A stretch of 53,296 nt of DNA, from NCBI RefSeq assembly GCF_001194135.2, contig NC_068995.1:36285157-36338452 (forward strand). Direction: 5' to 3'. Position 1 is the stretch's first letter; every line of letters starts with the position of its first letter. This document shows, piece after piece, positions 10,575 through 21,879 of the stretch. A program made the translations under genes and the position numbers. The notes beneath the pieces are model-generated. The model saw only the letters and a program-made list of their open reading frames with translations. It was not told the DNA's origin and ran no database searches. Source of the DNA: Octopus bimaculoides (lineage: Eukaryota).

Positions 10575-11150
10575 GTCAGAATGTATTTCAGAATCTCATC
10601 AATCTTTCGAGCTGAGCGTTTCACATTGTTATGGTCGAAGCTTCTCAAATTCACCAGCTTGGTCTCTGTTCTTGTAGCTATTTTATCTTTGAGTCTTGTC
10701 CTGAGGTTTCTCTGTTCCTCAGTCATATCCTCTTGTAATACAGGGTTTTCTACATTATATTGATTGGCTGGCCTCTCCTCAACTACAGCTTCACCTTGCC
10801 AATGCATTTGCTGATCTTCACCTACATTATCTTCCTCAAGGTTATCACCACTATGGAGTCTTTTCCTGATTGTCTGAATCTGGGTCTCATTAAAAAAACC
10901 CTCTATTCCAAATTATTCTTAGCTGATTCATGAGCCCGTTTTCAGTAATCTAGAATATACCCAGCTTGTTCCAAAGTTCTAATGATCTTTTTCTGACAGC
11001 TTTACCTTTGCCCTTGTCCTTGCCTAGCTAGGCTTGTTCATGGCACTTAATTGCCTTTTTGCTCATATCAACAGACCACTTGCGTTTGCAGGCAGATTGC
11101 ATATTTTGACCAGTAAAAGGATTATGACTGGGTGGAGTCTGGTGTTCCAC
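10575..11150 (-). mobile_element. R4/Dong-type LINE ORF N-terminal fragment
   Basis: Minus translation KAVRKRSLELWNKLGIF*ITENGLMNQLRIIWNRGFFNETQIQTIR resembles the R4 N-terminal motif (RKRM..IW....TEQRL.DQ.R.I). Confidence 0.6.
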
Positions 11151-11359
11151 TCCATTGCTCTCTGAGGGGCCCCAGCCGGGTGCAGGAGATCTGGTACCTT
11201 GGACATCCAGAGCAGTTTTCCTGTTCATGTCGTTATTTGGGTTTGAAACACAGACACAAAGATACACTCAGATATATGTATACAAATACGATGGACTTCT
11301 TTCAGTTTCCGTGAACTAACTTCACTCACAAAGCTTTGTTCACCTTTGTTATTTGTTAT

Positions 11360-11800
11360 AACCTTGATCCACTTTCTGTAGCCGTACACATAGTCAACAT
11401 GCACTATGAGCTGAGAAAGAATGGACCTTGTCTCAACCACCTTCTCTTCATGGATGATTTGAAACTGTTCACAAAAAAACAGAGCTTGAAATGGAGAGGC
11501 TGGTTGAGACTGTGCAAATGTGCAGCAAGGATAAGGGATGGAATTCAGTATCTCAAAGTGTGCAGTGCTCACTCTGAAACAGGGGAAAGGGGCAGATTGT
11601 AGGGGCATAGAATTGCCAAATAGAGAGAGAATGGAAGACCTGGATGATGATGGGTACAAGTACCTTAGGATCCTGGAGCTAGACAATATCTTGCACAGAG
11701 GAATAAAAGATAAGGTCATCACTGCATATTTGAAGCGGCTCAAACATCTCTTGAAATCAAAACTCAACTCAAGAAACCTTGTGACTGCCAATACAACTTT
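11360..11800 (+). mobile_element. R4/Dong-type reverse transcriptase fragment
   Basis: NHLLFMDDLKLF, MEFSISKCAVLTLKQGK, YKYLRILE and RLKHLLKSKLNSRN; frameshifted. Confidence 0.85.
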
Positions 11801-11821
11801 GCCCAGGCTATTCTTATTCTA

Positions 11822-12335
11822 GCAGCTACACTTTCAGCGCATCCTCCCCCACTACTAACTTGGTCACCTATATAGCAGAAGCTATCAACTACATCTAGTT
11901 TTTCTCCCTGGAATGTGGCAGAAGTTGTTTTCTGCACATTTTCAGTGTTTATTGCTCCTGAACATCTGCCACATACAAAAACTAACTTCCTAGTTAGCCT
12001 TCCTTTGATATTGCTGCACTTCTTATGTGTCCATAGCATACACTGGGTACATCTTATAGAGTTTCTACCTTTGCCTTTTCTACAGATCAAGCAGGGCCAT
12101 CTACCTGAAGGGGTTTGTGTTTTGTCTACCTTCCTACTTATTATGACTTTGGTTTTAGCTAGGTTGACTCTAAGGCCCTTCAATTCTAGTCCTTGCTTCC
12201 ACACCTGAAACTTCTCCTCTAGTTCTGATAGTGACTCAGCAATTAGCACAAGGTCATCAGCATAGAGGAGCTCCCAGGGGCATCCAGTCTTGAATTCCTG
12301 TGTTATTGCCTGGAGGACTATGATAAATAGGAGGG
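11822..12335 (-). mobile_element. RTE LINE RT fragment with an embedded C4HC3 (PHD-like) finger
   Basis: PLLFIIVL...LLYADDLVL (YADD at 12264-12253)...VNLAKTKVI, then CLIC-CTQC-H-C-CGRC (12093-11962) and VDSFCYIGD. Confidence 0.9.
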
Positions 12336-13139
12336 GTCTGATGACTGAACCTAGGACCATGTGGTTGGGAAGCAAGCTTTTTATTACACAACCATGCCAG
12401 TTTCCAATTAGATTGTACTGTGAATGCTATGAGTTGATGAATGTCTTCATAAAGCTTGTACAAAAGGTGCTATCATCAACACAAGGGTTAACAGTTGATT
12501 CAGTAAAGAACTTAGTGTATACGTACTTGTTCAGTCATCCTCTCTTGATTTCTGTACATTACAGTCTTCATGGCAAACACAGTTTTGACTTGAGAGAAAT
12601 ATTATATACAGATAATCCAGTTGTCATTGCAGAATGTGTTGAATCAAAATGAACTAAAAAATAAAATAAAAATGTGCTGATAAAAATGAAAATAATTTCA
12701 GAGTCTTCAAGTTTGGTTTAAAGCTTAATATCTAAATATGTAATCTTCAATACAGAAAGACCAAAGTACTAATTAACCACAGATAGCAAACAACGTCAGT
12801 GTTAAATGCAAAGTTGTTTTGCTTAATATGTAACAAAAGAATTAATAAATGAAATACCAGCACAGCAGTTGTGGAACTGTTAGAGTGCCAGACAATATAC
12901 CTTGTGGTATTTGTTCTGGTTCTATGTACTCTGAGTTCAAATCCTGCTGTGGTCCACTTGGAATGAAGACTTAATTTGTTGCTTGGTTTAACACTACAAT
13001 CTAATCTTTATGTGCTTCTTCTAGTAGAGACTACTCCTAAATGTCATGTTGCCCGACACAACTACTCACCTTCCTGTCTCGTTATTGCTGTGAACATCTA
13101 TTCAGTTGTTTGTAGTAGTGATGTCCCAAGTTTATAATT

Positions 13140-13755
13140 TTTATCTTTTTCTTCTACTCATTTCACTTATTACACTGCAGCCATGCTGGGGCATTGCCTT
13201 GAAGAATTTTTAATTGAATAAATGGACCTCAGTGCTTAATGTTATTCGATAAGTCGAGTACTTATTCTATTGATCTCCTTTGCCGAACTGCTAAGTTATG
13301 GGAATGTAAACACAATAACACCAGTTATCAGACAGTGTGAGGAACATCCTCAGGAGCATGCACACATACAAGCACGCACACGCACACACACACACACAGA
13401 GCTTCTTTTAATTTCTTATTTCTTTACTGCCCACAAGGGGCTACACACAGAGGGGACAAACACAGACAGACAAACGGATTAAGTCGATTATATCGACCCC
13501 AGTGCGTAACTGGTACTTATTTAATCGATCCTGAAAGGACAAGAGGCAGAGTCGACCTCGACGGAATTTGAACTCAGAACGCAGCGGCAGACGGAATACT
13601 GTGAAGCATTTCGCCTGGCTGCTAAATTTCTTTTAATTTCTGCCTACCAAATCCACTCACAAGGCTTTGGTTGGCCTGAAGCTATAGTTGAAGACACTTG
13701 CCCAAGGTTCCATGCAGTGGGACTGAACCTGAAACCATGTGGTTGGGAAGCAAAT
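13140..13755 (-). mobile_element. SINE type A with a type B SINE (about 13405-13625) nested in its central microsatellite
   Basis: Type A tail at 13140-13400 and head at 13625-13755 flank a nearly complete type B copy. Confidence 0.8.
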
Positions 13756-13945
13756 GTAACAATAAATAAATATATATTTTTCATTTGAAGTCTCAACAGA
13801 ATTTGTGTTTATTTGATTAACATCAACTCAATATCAAACTGTAGCATTGTTCATGCATCCAAAGAAACAGTCTATCATAACAAAGTCATATATACTCAAT
13901 ACAAGCAATGTTGGCATAGGAGAGGCTGTAGAGAAAAGTGTAGGT

Positions 13946-14019
13946 GGCTAGCTGTGGACTCGAACTCACATCCCCGTGATTACGCGTCACGATGCTTTGA
14001 CCGATTAAGCTAAACTACC
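13946..14019 (-). pseudogene. tRNA-like gene, Thr(CGT)-like, atypical
   Basis: Cloverleaf: acceptor GGTAGTT/AGCTAGC (one G.G), D stem GCTT/AAGC, anticodon stem CGTGA/TCACG with loop CGCGTAA, T loop TTCGAGT, TTTT downstream. G at position 33 and a 1-nt T-stem deletion argue against a canonical tRNA. Confidence 0.65.
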
Positions 14020-14249
14020 CACTTGGGATTAGTAAGTTTGAGGTGAGGGGATAGTCTGTTTTTTATGGGAGTGGCACTTTTGAGTCTGCTGTATATGCCT
14101 GTACAGGCTTGGGTCCTAGGAGAGGGGATGGGATGGCAAATTCATGGACTGCCATGGGTGACATGCACTCTAGTGACAGTTTTGGCAAACTGAGTGGGAA
14201 TAACATCAATTGTAGTCACACAATCTTATGTCTTTTAATGTCTTTTATC

Positions 14250-14530
14250 TTTTCTTTTGCTTGTTTCAGTCAAAAAAAAAAATTTAAGCCCCACCCCCGG
14301 CTTATTTTTTTTAAGCCTAGTACATATTCCATTAGCTTTCTTTGCCAAACCACTAAGTTATGGAGACATAAATAAACCGACACCAGTTATCAACTGGTGG
14401 TGGGGGACAAACACAGACAAAAAGACATGCACAAACATAAGACATGTGCCAAAGATGTCACACAGTGGGACTAAATCCAGAACCATCTGGTTAGGAAGTA
14501 AGCTTCTAACCACATAGCCAAGCCTGTCCC
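14250..14530 (-). mobile_element. SINE type A, decayed
   Basis: Reverse-complement head (aagcttctaaccacatagcc) and body motifs. Confidence 0.7.
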
Positions 14531-15217
14531 TATATTAATATTAACAGTACATTCACATTTATATATATATANNNNNNNNNNNNNNNNNNNNNNNNNNNNN
14601 NNNNNNNNNNNNNNNNNNNNNNNNNNNNNNNNNNNNNNNNNNNNNNNNNNNNNNNNNNNNNNNNNNNNNNNNNNNNNNNNNNNNNNNNNNNNNNNNNNNN
14701 NNNNNNNNNNNNNNNNNNNNNNNNNNNNNNNNNNNNNNNNNNNNNNNNNNNNNNNNNNNNNNNNNNNNNNNNNNNNNNNNNNNNNNNNNNNNNNNNNNNN
14801 NNNNNNNNNNNNNNNNNNNNNNNNNNNNNNNNNNNNNNNNNNNNNNNNNNNNNNNNNNNNNNNNNNNNNNNNNNNNNNNNNNNNNNNNNNNNNNNNNNNN
14901 NNNNNNNNNNNNNNNNNNNNNNNNNNNNNNNNNNNNNNNNNNNNNNNNNNNNNNNNNNNNNNNNNNNNNNNNNNNNNNNNNNNNNNNNNNNNNNNNNNNN
15001 NNNNNNNNNNNNNNNNNNNNNNNNNNNNNNNNNNNNNNNNNNNNNNNNNNNNNNNNNNNNNNNNNNNNNNNNNNNNNNNNNNNNNNNNNNNNNNNNNNNN
15101 NNNNNNNNNNNNNNNNNNNNNNNNNNNNNNNNNNNNNNNNNNNNNNNNNNNNNNNNNNNNNNNNNNNNNNNNNNNNNNNNNNNNNNNNNNNNNNNNNNNN
15201 NNNNNNNNNNNNNNNNN

Positions 15218-15249
<32 letters not shown>

Positions 15250-15660
15250 TACTGTTAATAAAAGTCAGGATGAGTTGCATTCAGTTAATAAATGACAAAT
15301 GCACTAAATACTAAAAAATGTACACGTGAGACAGATAAAGAAGGACCCTAATTCTTCTTCAGTAGTTATCAACCAAAATGTGAATACTCAGTTTCATGCC
15401 TTTAATGATAAGACTGAGAATTTCACATATTGGCAGCACCCGCAAAATTTGTAGGGAATTAGGGCTCAAGCAAACAAAATGATACAGAGTGGATGTATGA
15501 AAGTAAACAAATGTAATTTAAAACGATTGACAAAGACAGAATAAATATGGCCTTTCAGCCAAACAGATAGGAATGATAGGTAACATCTGAAAGAAATCCT
15601 GAATGGATATAGAAAGAGAAATAGCAAGAGTGGAGACTGATATTGACCAGCAAGCTAAGC

Positions 15661-16115
15661 ATCTGGTGCCCTTATGCATAGAATATAATTGCCAAATTTC
15701 ATAAAGATCCATTCAGTACTTTTGACCTAGTTTTGGATCATAAGAAATGAGTAAAATTTGGTAAGAAACTTGGTTCCAAAACACATGGTCCTGGTTTCAG
15801 TCCTACTGTGTGGTGACTTGGCATGTGTGTTCTGCTATAGCCTCAGACCAACAAAGCCTTGTGAGTGGATTTTGTAGACAGAAACTGAAAGAAATCAATC
15901 ATATATATATGTAAGTGTATGCGTGTGTCTTTGTTTTTCTCCCTCATCACTGCTTCACAACTGCTGTTCGTTTATTTACATCCCTATAACTTCCTGGTTT
16001 GACAAGAAGAAACTGATAGAATAAGTACCAGGCTTATCAAAATAAAAAAAAACACTAAGCAGTGTCTCATATTTTTCTTTGCCCACTCAGTTGTATCTAT
16101 CAATCTATCTTTTTG

Positions 16116-16166
<51 letters not shown>

Positions 16167-16273
16167 CACACACACACATACATGTATGTATATGTGTATG
16201 TTCATATCTATTATATAAAAGCCAATGTCTTCATGTGTGTTCGTGTGTTACTTATACATTCGAAAACTACTGC
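15661..16273 (+). repeat. Rearranged paralog of the 51697-52620 region (SINE A + tail + Helitron-like 5' end, plus an inverted Helitron-like internal piece)
   Basis: 15760-16273 aligns co-linearly with 51697-52242; 15661-15760 is the reverse complement of 52522-52620. Confidence 0.8.
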
Positions 16274-16436
16274 CATGTTGTGGCTGTGGTGGAAGTTGAG
16301 GGTGGCTACTTGAAGTAAACGTTTATCTCTCAACCATAATCTTGTCGATAATTAAAAAATTTTTTTAAATACTTTTATTTTTGAATGGATATTGTGTTTT
16401 ATTTTCTCAACTGTCAAATTTTGCATCAACACCCTG
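16274..16436 (+). mobile_element. Tc1/mariner-superfamily 3' end
   Basis: AVVEVEGGYLK* transposase-like tail and terminus caccctg|TA. Confidence 0.5.
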
Positions 16437-17345
16437 TATATATATAAATATATATATTATAATAAGCAAAAGGGATTAATAAATCCAGGCAGATATCAAT
16501 AAAGCAATCATAGTTAAATAAATTTGGTTAACTATATCCAACAATCAGATACCAATAAATGCTCGTAGAATAAACATTCAAGGTAATTCTTCATGTATGA
16601 CAAGTAAATCCAAATATCATTTGAGAGTATTTCAAGAAATTCAGAGTATAAGACAACAAGAATGTAGAAAATCACATCTTTAATTAGTGATTACTCCAAA
16701 CAATACCAATGGTTGTTTTTGTTGTCCCAGTATATTTAGAAACAAGAAAAGCTATAAAATACCAGTCAAAATATATCTGAAAATATATGTTAACACAATG
16801 TTATCAAGGCAATCAAAAATAGATTGAATTCAAAGTGAACTAAGAAAATATTTCTAATAGACAAATGCATACAAAAAGAAGAAATATGATATTCTGAAAG
16901 AAGCCAGTTTAGTGTTTAACTTTTGATGACGTGAGTAGATAATGAAAGAATAAAAATAAATGTTGGAATTCTGTGTTATAACAATTAGAAACATAGAAAT
17001 TCTACATCACAACAATTAGTTATCTATCTTGTAAATATTGCTAAGCATTTTTAGAAAAATCATGCGTATTAATGAATTATTTAGAATTGAAATATCTAAA
17101 TGCTTTTCTATATTTGAGAGAATATTTCAATGTAGAATTACCTTTGCAATTTAATAATATTAATTTAGAAGTAATTATGTAATATATTTCCTCAAGGTGA
17201 AGATCACTTTAAAAAGTGCATAATTAATAACGGACCACTTTAAATTCTAATTAATATTCCTATCTTTTAAATCCCAAACACATTTACTAAGATTTGTAGA
17301 ATTACATTTTCTTCTATACTTAAATGAATGAGAATGATTATGTAA

Positions 17346-18785
17346 AGTTAAAGAAGTGATTTTAAATTCTCAATCGCAGAATAATGCTAATAATATAGCC
17401 TGAACAGGATAAACTACCCCTATTTTGCAGAGAAAAGTGTAGGTGGCTAGCTGTGGACTCGAACTCACATCCCCGTGATTACGCGTCACAATGCTTTGAC
17501 ANNNNNNNNNNNNNNNNNNNNNNNNNNNNNNNNNNNNNNNNNNNNNNNNNNNNNNNNNNNNNNNNNNNNNNNNNNNNNNNNNNNNNNNNNNNNNNNNNNN
17601 NNNNNNNNNNNNNNNNNNNNNNNNNNNNNNNNNNNNNNNNNNNNNNNNNNNNNNNNNNNNNNNNNNNNNNNNNNNNNNNNNNNNNNNNNNNNNNNNNNNN
17701 NNNNNNNNNNNNNNNNNNNNNNNNNNNNNNNNNNNNNNNNNNNNNNNNNNNNNNNNNNNNNNNNNNNNNNNNNNNNNNNNNNNNNNNNNNNNNNNNNNNN
17801 NNNNNNNNNNNNNNNNNNNNNNNNNNNNNNNNNNNNNNNNNNNNNNNNNNNNNNNNNNNNNNNNNNNNNNNNNNNNNNNNNNNNNNNNNNNNNNNNNNNN
17901 NNNNNNNNNNNNNNNNNNNNNNNNNNNNNNNNNNNNNNNNNNNNNNNNNNNNNNNNNNNNNNNNNNNNNNNNNNNNNNNNNNNNNNNNNNNNNNNNNNNN
18001 NNNNNNNNNNNNNNNNNNNNNNNNNNNNNNNNNNNNNNNNNNNNNNNNNNNNNNNNNNNNNNNNNNNNNNNNNNNNNNNNNNNNNNNNNNNNNNNNNNNN
18101 NNNNNNNNNNNNNNNNNNNNNNNNNNNNNNNNNNNNNNNNNNNNNNNNNNNNNNNNNNNNNNNNNNNNNNNNNNNNNNNNNNNNNNNNNNNNNNNNNNNN
18201 NNNNNNNNNNNNNNNNNNNNNNNNNNNNNNNNNNNNNNNNNNNNNNNNNNNNNNNNNNNNNNNNNNNNNNNNNNNNNNNNNNNNNNNNNNNNNNNNNNNN
18301 NNNNNNNNNNNNNNNNNNNNNNNNNNNNNNNNNNNNNNNNNNNNNNNNNNNNNNNNNNNNNNNNNNNNNNNNNNNNNNNNNNNNNNNNNNNNNCCTATTT
18401 TGCAGAGAAAAGTGTAGGTGGCTAGCTGTGGACTCGAACTCACATCCCCGTGATTACGCGTCACGATGCTTTGACCGATTAAGCTAAACTACCCACTACA
18501 AATTCCTCTGCAAATTTAAGATATATAAATCTCGCTTTATGAGACGCTCTCATATGTTAAATTCAAATTACGACAAACATAAATAAACAAACAAAGTTTG
18601 CTTTTTTAGAAGCGTTGAGATGCCTTAGAAAGTTAAAGAAGTGATTTTAAATTCTCAATTGCAGAATAATGCTAATAATATAGCCTGAACAGGATAAACT
18701 ACCCCTATTTTGCAGAGAAAAGTGTAGGTGGCTAGCTGTGGACTCGAACTCACATCCCCGTGATTACGCGTCACAATGCTTTGAC
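17346..18785 (-). repeat. Tandem array of a 310-bp tRNA-like unit flanked by a 12-bp direct repeat
   Basis: Units recur at 17419, 18394 and 18704 (cctattttgcagag); ATGATTATGTAA at 17334-17345 and 18786-18797. Confidence 0.8.
18420..18493 (-). pseudogene. tRNA-like gene, Thr(CGT)-like, identical to 13946-14019
   Basis: Same 74-nt sequence and TTTT terminator; truncated copies at 17445-17501 and 18730-18785. Confidence 0.65.
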
Positions 18786-19192
18786 ATGATTATGTAATTT
18801 ATATTTCCAAATAGGAGTAGACGAACCTATGTAATAATATGTATGATCTCCTGTTATGAATTTACATTTTCACACCATATTCTTCCTTAAACACTGATTT
18901 TCTGAAGGACAGATAATTTTGTTTTTGAAATTACAAAGACATGTATTCACTTGTATGTGGTACTCATGGTTAAAAGAATTAGTACTAATCCTCCTCTCAG
19001 AACTAGGTGTTATTGCAGGATTATTATCAGTATCATAATTAATATTATTACTAGGAGTTATCTTAACAGTATTATTTACAATCAGAATTACTTTTACTTA
19101 AAGTATCAAAATTTAGTCCAGGAAAATTATCAGTAGAGTTAATTCTGCAATTTTAGTTTTTATGTACCAAATTCACTCACAAAGCTTTAGTC

Positions 19193-19489
19193 CAGGGGTT
19201 TTCAAACTTTTTGACTTGCGGGCCCCTTTATATTTCAGGCTTTACCTTAGGGACCCCCTTATAAACGCTTATGAAATTTATACATAAATATTTGCTTAAA
19301 ATAACATATATTTTTACATTTATATATTTAACAGTATTTAACAAATAGGTTTATTGTCAATTAAAAGATTTCGATTAAAAAACATATATAAAATCAAATT
19401 GCCCATAAAAAGTATTTGCTGTCTACGGAACCCCTGTCTTGTCCTTGCGGACCCCCTGTGGTCCGCGGACCACAGTTTGAAAACCCCTG
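19193..19489. mobile_element. hAT (Charlie-like) MITE inserted into a type A SINE
   Basis: Perfect 16-bp TIRs CAGGGGTTTTCAAACT; perfect 8-bp TSD CTTTAGTC (19185-19192, 19490-19497) with central TA; subterminal GGACC/GGTCC motifs. Confidence 0.93.
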
Positions 19490-20897
19490 CTTTAGTCAAC
19501 CTAAGGCAATAGTAAATAATACTTGCCCAAATTTCATACAGCAGGACTGAACCCAAAACCTTGTGTTTAAGGAGTGTAATTCTTAGCTAAACAGCAATGC
19601 TGTATATAGCTTCAGTAATTGATTACAAAATATGTGGATCTTTCAAGAATTTTATTTACATATTTTGCATAATATTTTCTACAATTTTTTTTACATCATC
19701 GAATTTCCAATTTCTTTGTCCACTTCTATTTTACTTAGTCTAAGAAATATTCTGTAAATGTTTAATGTTCATGTGATATGGCTGTAACATATAGGTCTAG
19801 TAAGTGGTTTTATAGGATTAGCTACGGGTAAAACTTTCACACATATTCATATTTTTCATTACACCTGTTAGTTATTGTCAGTTGTTAGCAACCATTACAC
19901 ACAAAAATCCTATAAGTAGGCATGCATATGTGTGTGTGTGTGTGTGTGTTTAAACAGTTCTGTTCTCTTGGAATATGGTTAGAAGACAAGAGATATCTTC
20001 TTTCTGGTGAAAACATTTTGAATACTCTAAAAAAAAAAATAGAGATTGGAAATATAGAGTTTCATTCATCATGTAATACATACATTCAGCTAAAGTGTTA
20101 ATTGCTTCACACATTCTATACTTCCAGATATTGAGAAAATATGTGGGAGAAATTACAAGCAATAAAGTGGCGGTGGTGGTGGGGAAGAAAAACAAAGGAA
20201 AAAAAGAGGCTAAAGTCATAGATAACATTGACTTTTGGTTTTTCGCCCCCTTTTTCTTTATTTTCTTTTTTTTTTTTTTTTAATTTCCTCTACTTTTACA
20301 TGACATGTCAAAAAGTCTGGACAAAAACTGCATTGAAATCTAAGTTTTACTTTGACAGAGATAACAGTAAACTCAAGTATAACGAAAATACTCGCATATA
20401 TACACCATGACACTTACTTCCATTAATCTTTCATAACGTGAAACTTGTTAAAAACTTTGAAATGAAGGCTAATTTTTCATAACAAATTATGGGTGAAAAA
20501 TCAAGAAAGATGATCAAGAACAGAATATCATGTGACATATGAACACATCTCAGAGCAATTTCTAATGCAGCAGCAATGGTTGGATCAGTTTCAAATTACA
20601 AACAAGTGTTACTAACATTTGCAGCTTCAGCCACAACCGAAGAACTTGGGAAAAAAAAACCTGCATAAGCTCAGGATGTTTTAGTTTTGTATCATCTGCA
20701 GCACTATTGTCACCTTATAAATTTATTCATGATGGAGAATCTACTGCCAATTTATGCCATACTGCATGAGTCAAGTTAATTTTTTTTTACACAGCTGTTT
20801 ATTCTTTGTCCTGAAATACATACATATATACATATATGTATGTGCGTGTGAGTGTGTGTGCGTGTGTGAGTGTGTGTGTGTACTTGTGCGTGCATGC

Positions 20898-20958
<61 letters not shown>

Positions 20959-21277
20959 CATACATATATATATCTACATATATATACATATGTATTTATA
21001 CATATATATATATATATATACATACATATATATATATACATATACATACACACACACNNNNNNNNNNNNNNNNNNNNNNNNNNNNNNNNNNNNNNNNNNN
21101 NNNNNNNNNNNNNNNNNNNNNNNNNNNNNNNNNNNNNNNNNNNNNNNNNNNNNNNNNNNNNNNNNNNNNNNNNNNNNNNNNNNNNNNNNNNNNNNNNNNN
21201 NNNNNNNNNNNNNNNNNNNNNNNNNNNNNNNNNNNNNNNNNNNNNNNNNNNNNNNNNNNNNNNNNNNNNNNNNNNNN

Positions 21278-21311
<34 letters not shown>

Positions 21312-21394
21312 CATACATAAAAATCTTTTTTGTTCATTTCCCTCACTTTCAGCCTGAGTCTATGTGATAAATAAAGTAGTTTTAGAGTCATTTG

Positions 21395-21815
21395 ACATAT
21401 TCTAGCATGTGGCTGGTGCAAAGTCCCTTCCAGACCTAGGGAAATGTGGTGGTGGAATAATACAGTAGACAAGGCCATACAGGCTTGGAAAACTTGAAAG
21501 AGTTGCGGTAGCAAGAAACTGTATCAGATAGTCAGGAGGAAGGCTAGGAGACAGGTATATAGCCAAGGGAGAAGCAGAAAAGAAGTTTGCTAATGTTCAG
21601 CAATGTGAGGACCAGAGAAATGTGTCCGCATGGAGGATGGTGCATTTGCTTTTAATGATTCTGCAAAGAAGGAGGCTTGGAGATGCCATTATGAAACGCT
21701 GCTGAATGTGGAGAATGAATGGGAGGAGGAGAGACCGCCAAATGTGACCCAGTCAAGGGACCAGCTACCCAATTCAGCAGCACCCTGGTAAATAAAGCAA
21801 TTAAAGATATGAAAA
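21395..21815 (+). mobile_element. RTE LINE endonuclease-RT linker fragment
   Basis: WWWNNTVDKAI...KEAWRCHYETLLNVENEWEEE...VNKAIKDMK across frames. Confidence 0.75.
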
Positions 21816-21879
21816 AACAGATATATAATAACAGATAACTTTATTTATCAAAAAACACTATGAGGATAAAAATAAACCT

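Noticed and set aside
20440-20740. Minus-strand peptide ETDPTIAAALEIALR resembling a UIM-like motif
   Set aside because: In-frame stop just upstream, an A9 run that shifts frame, and no convincing splice sites.
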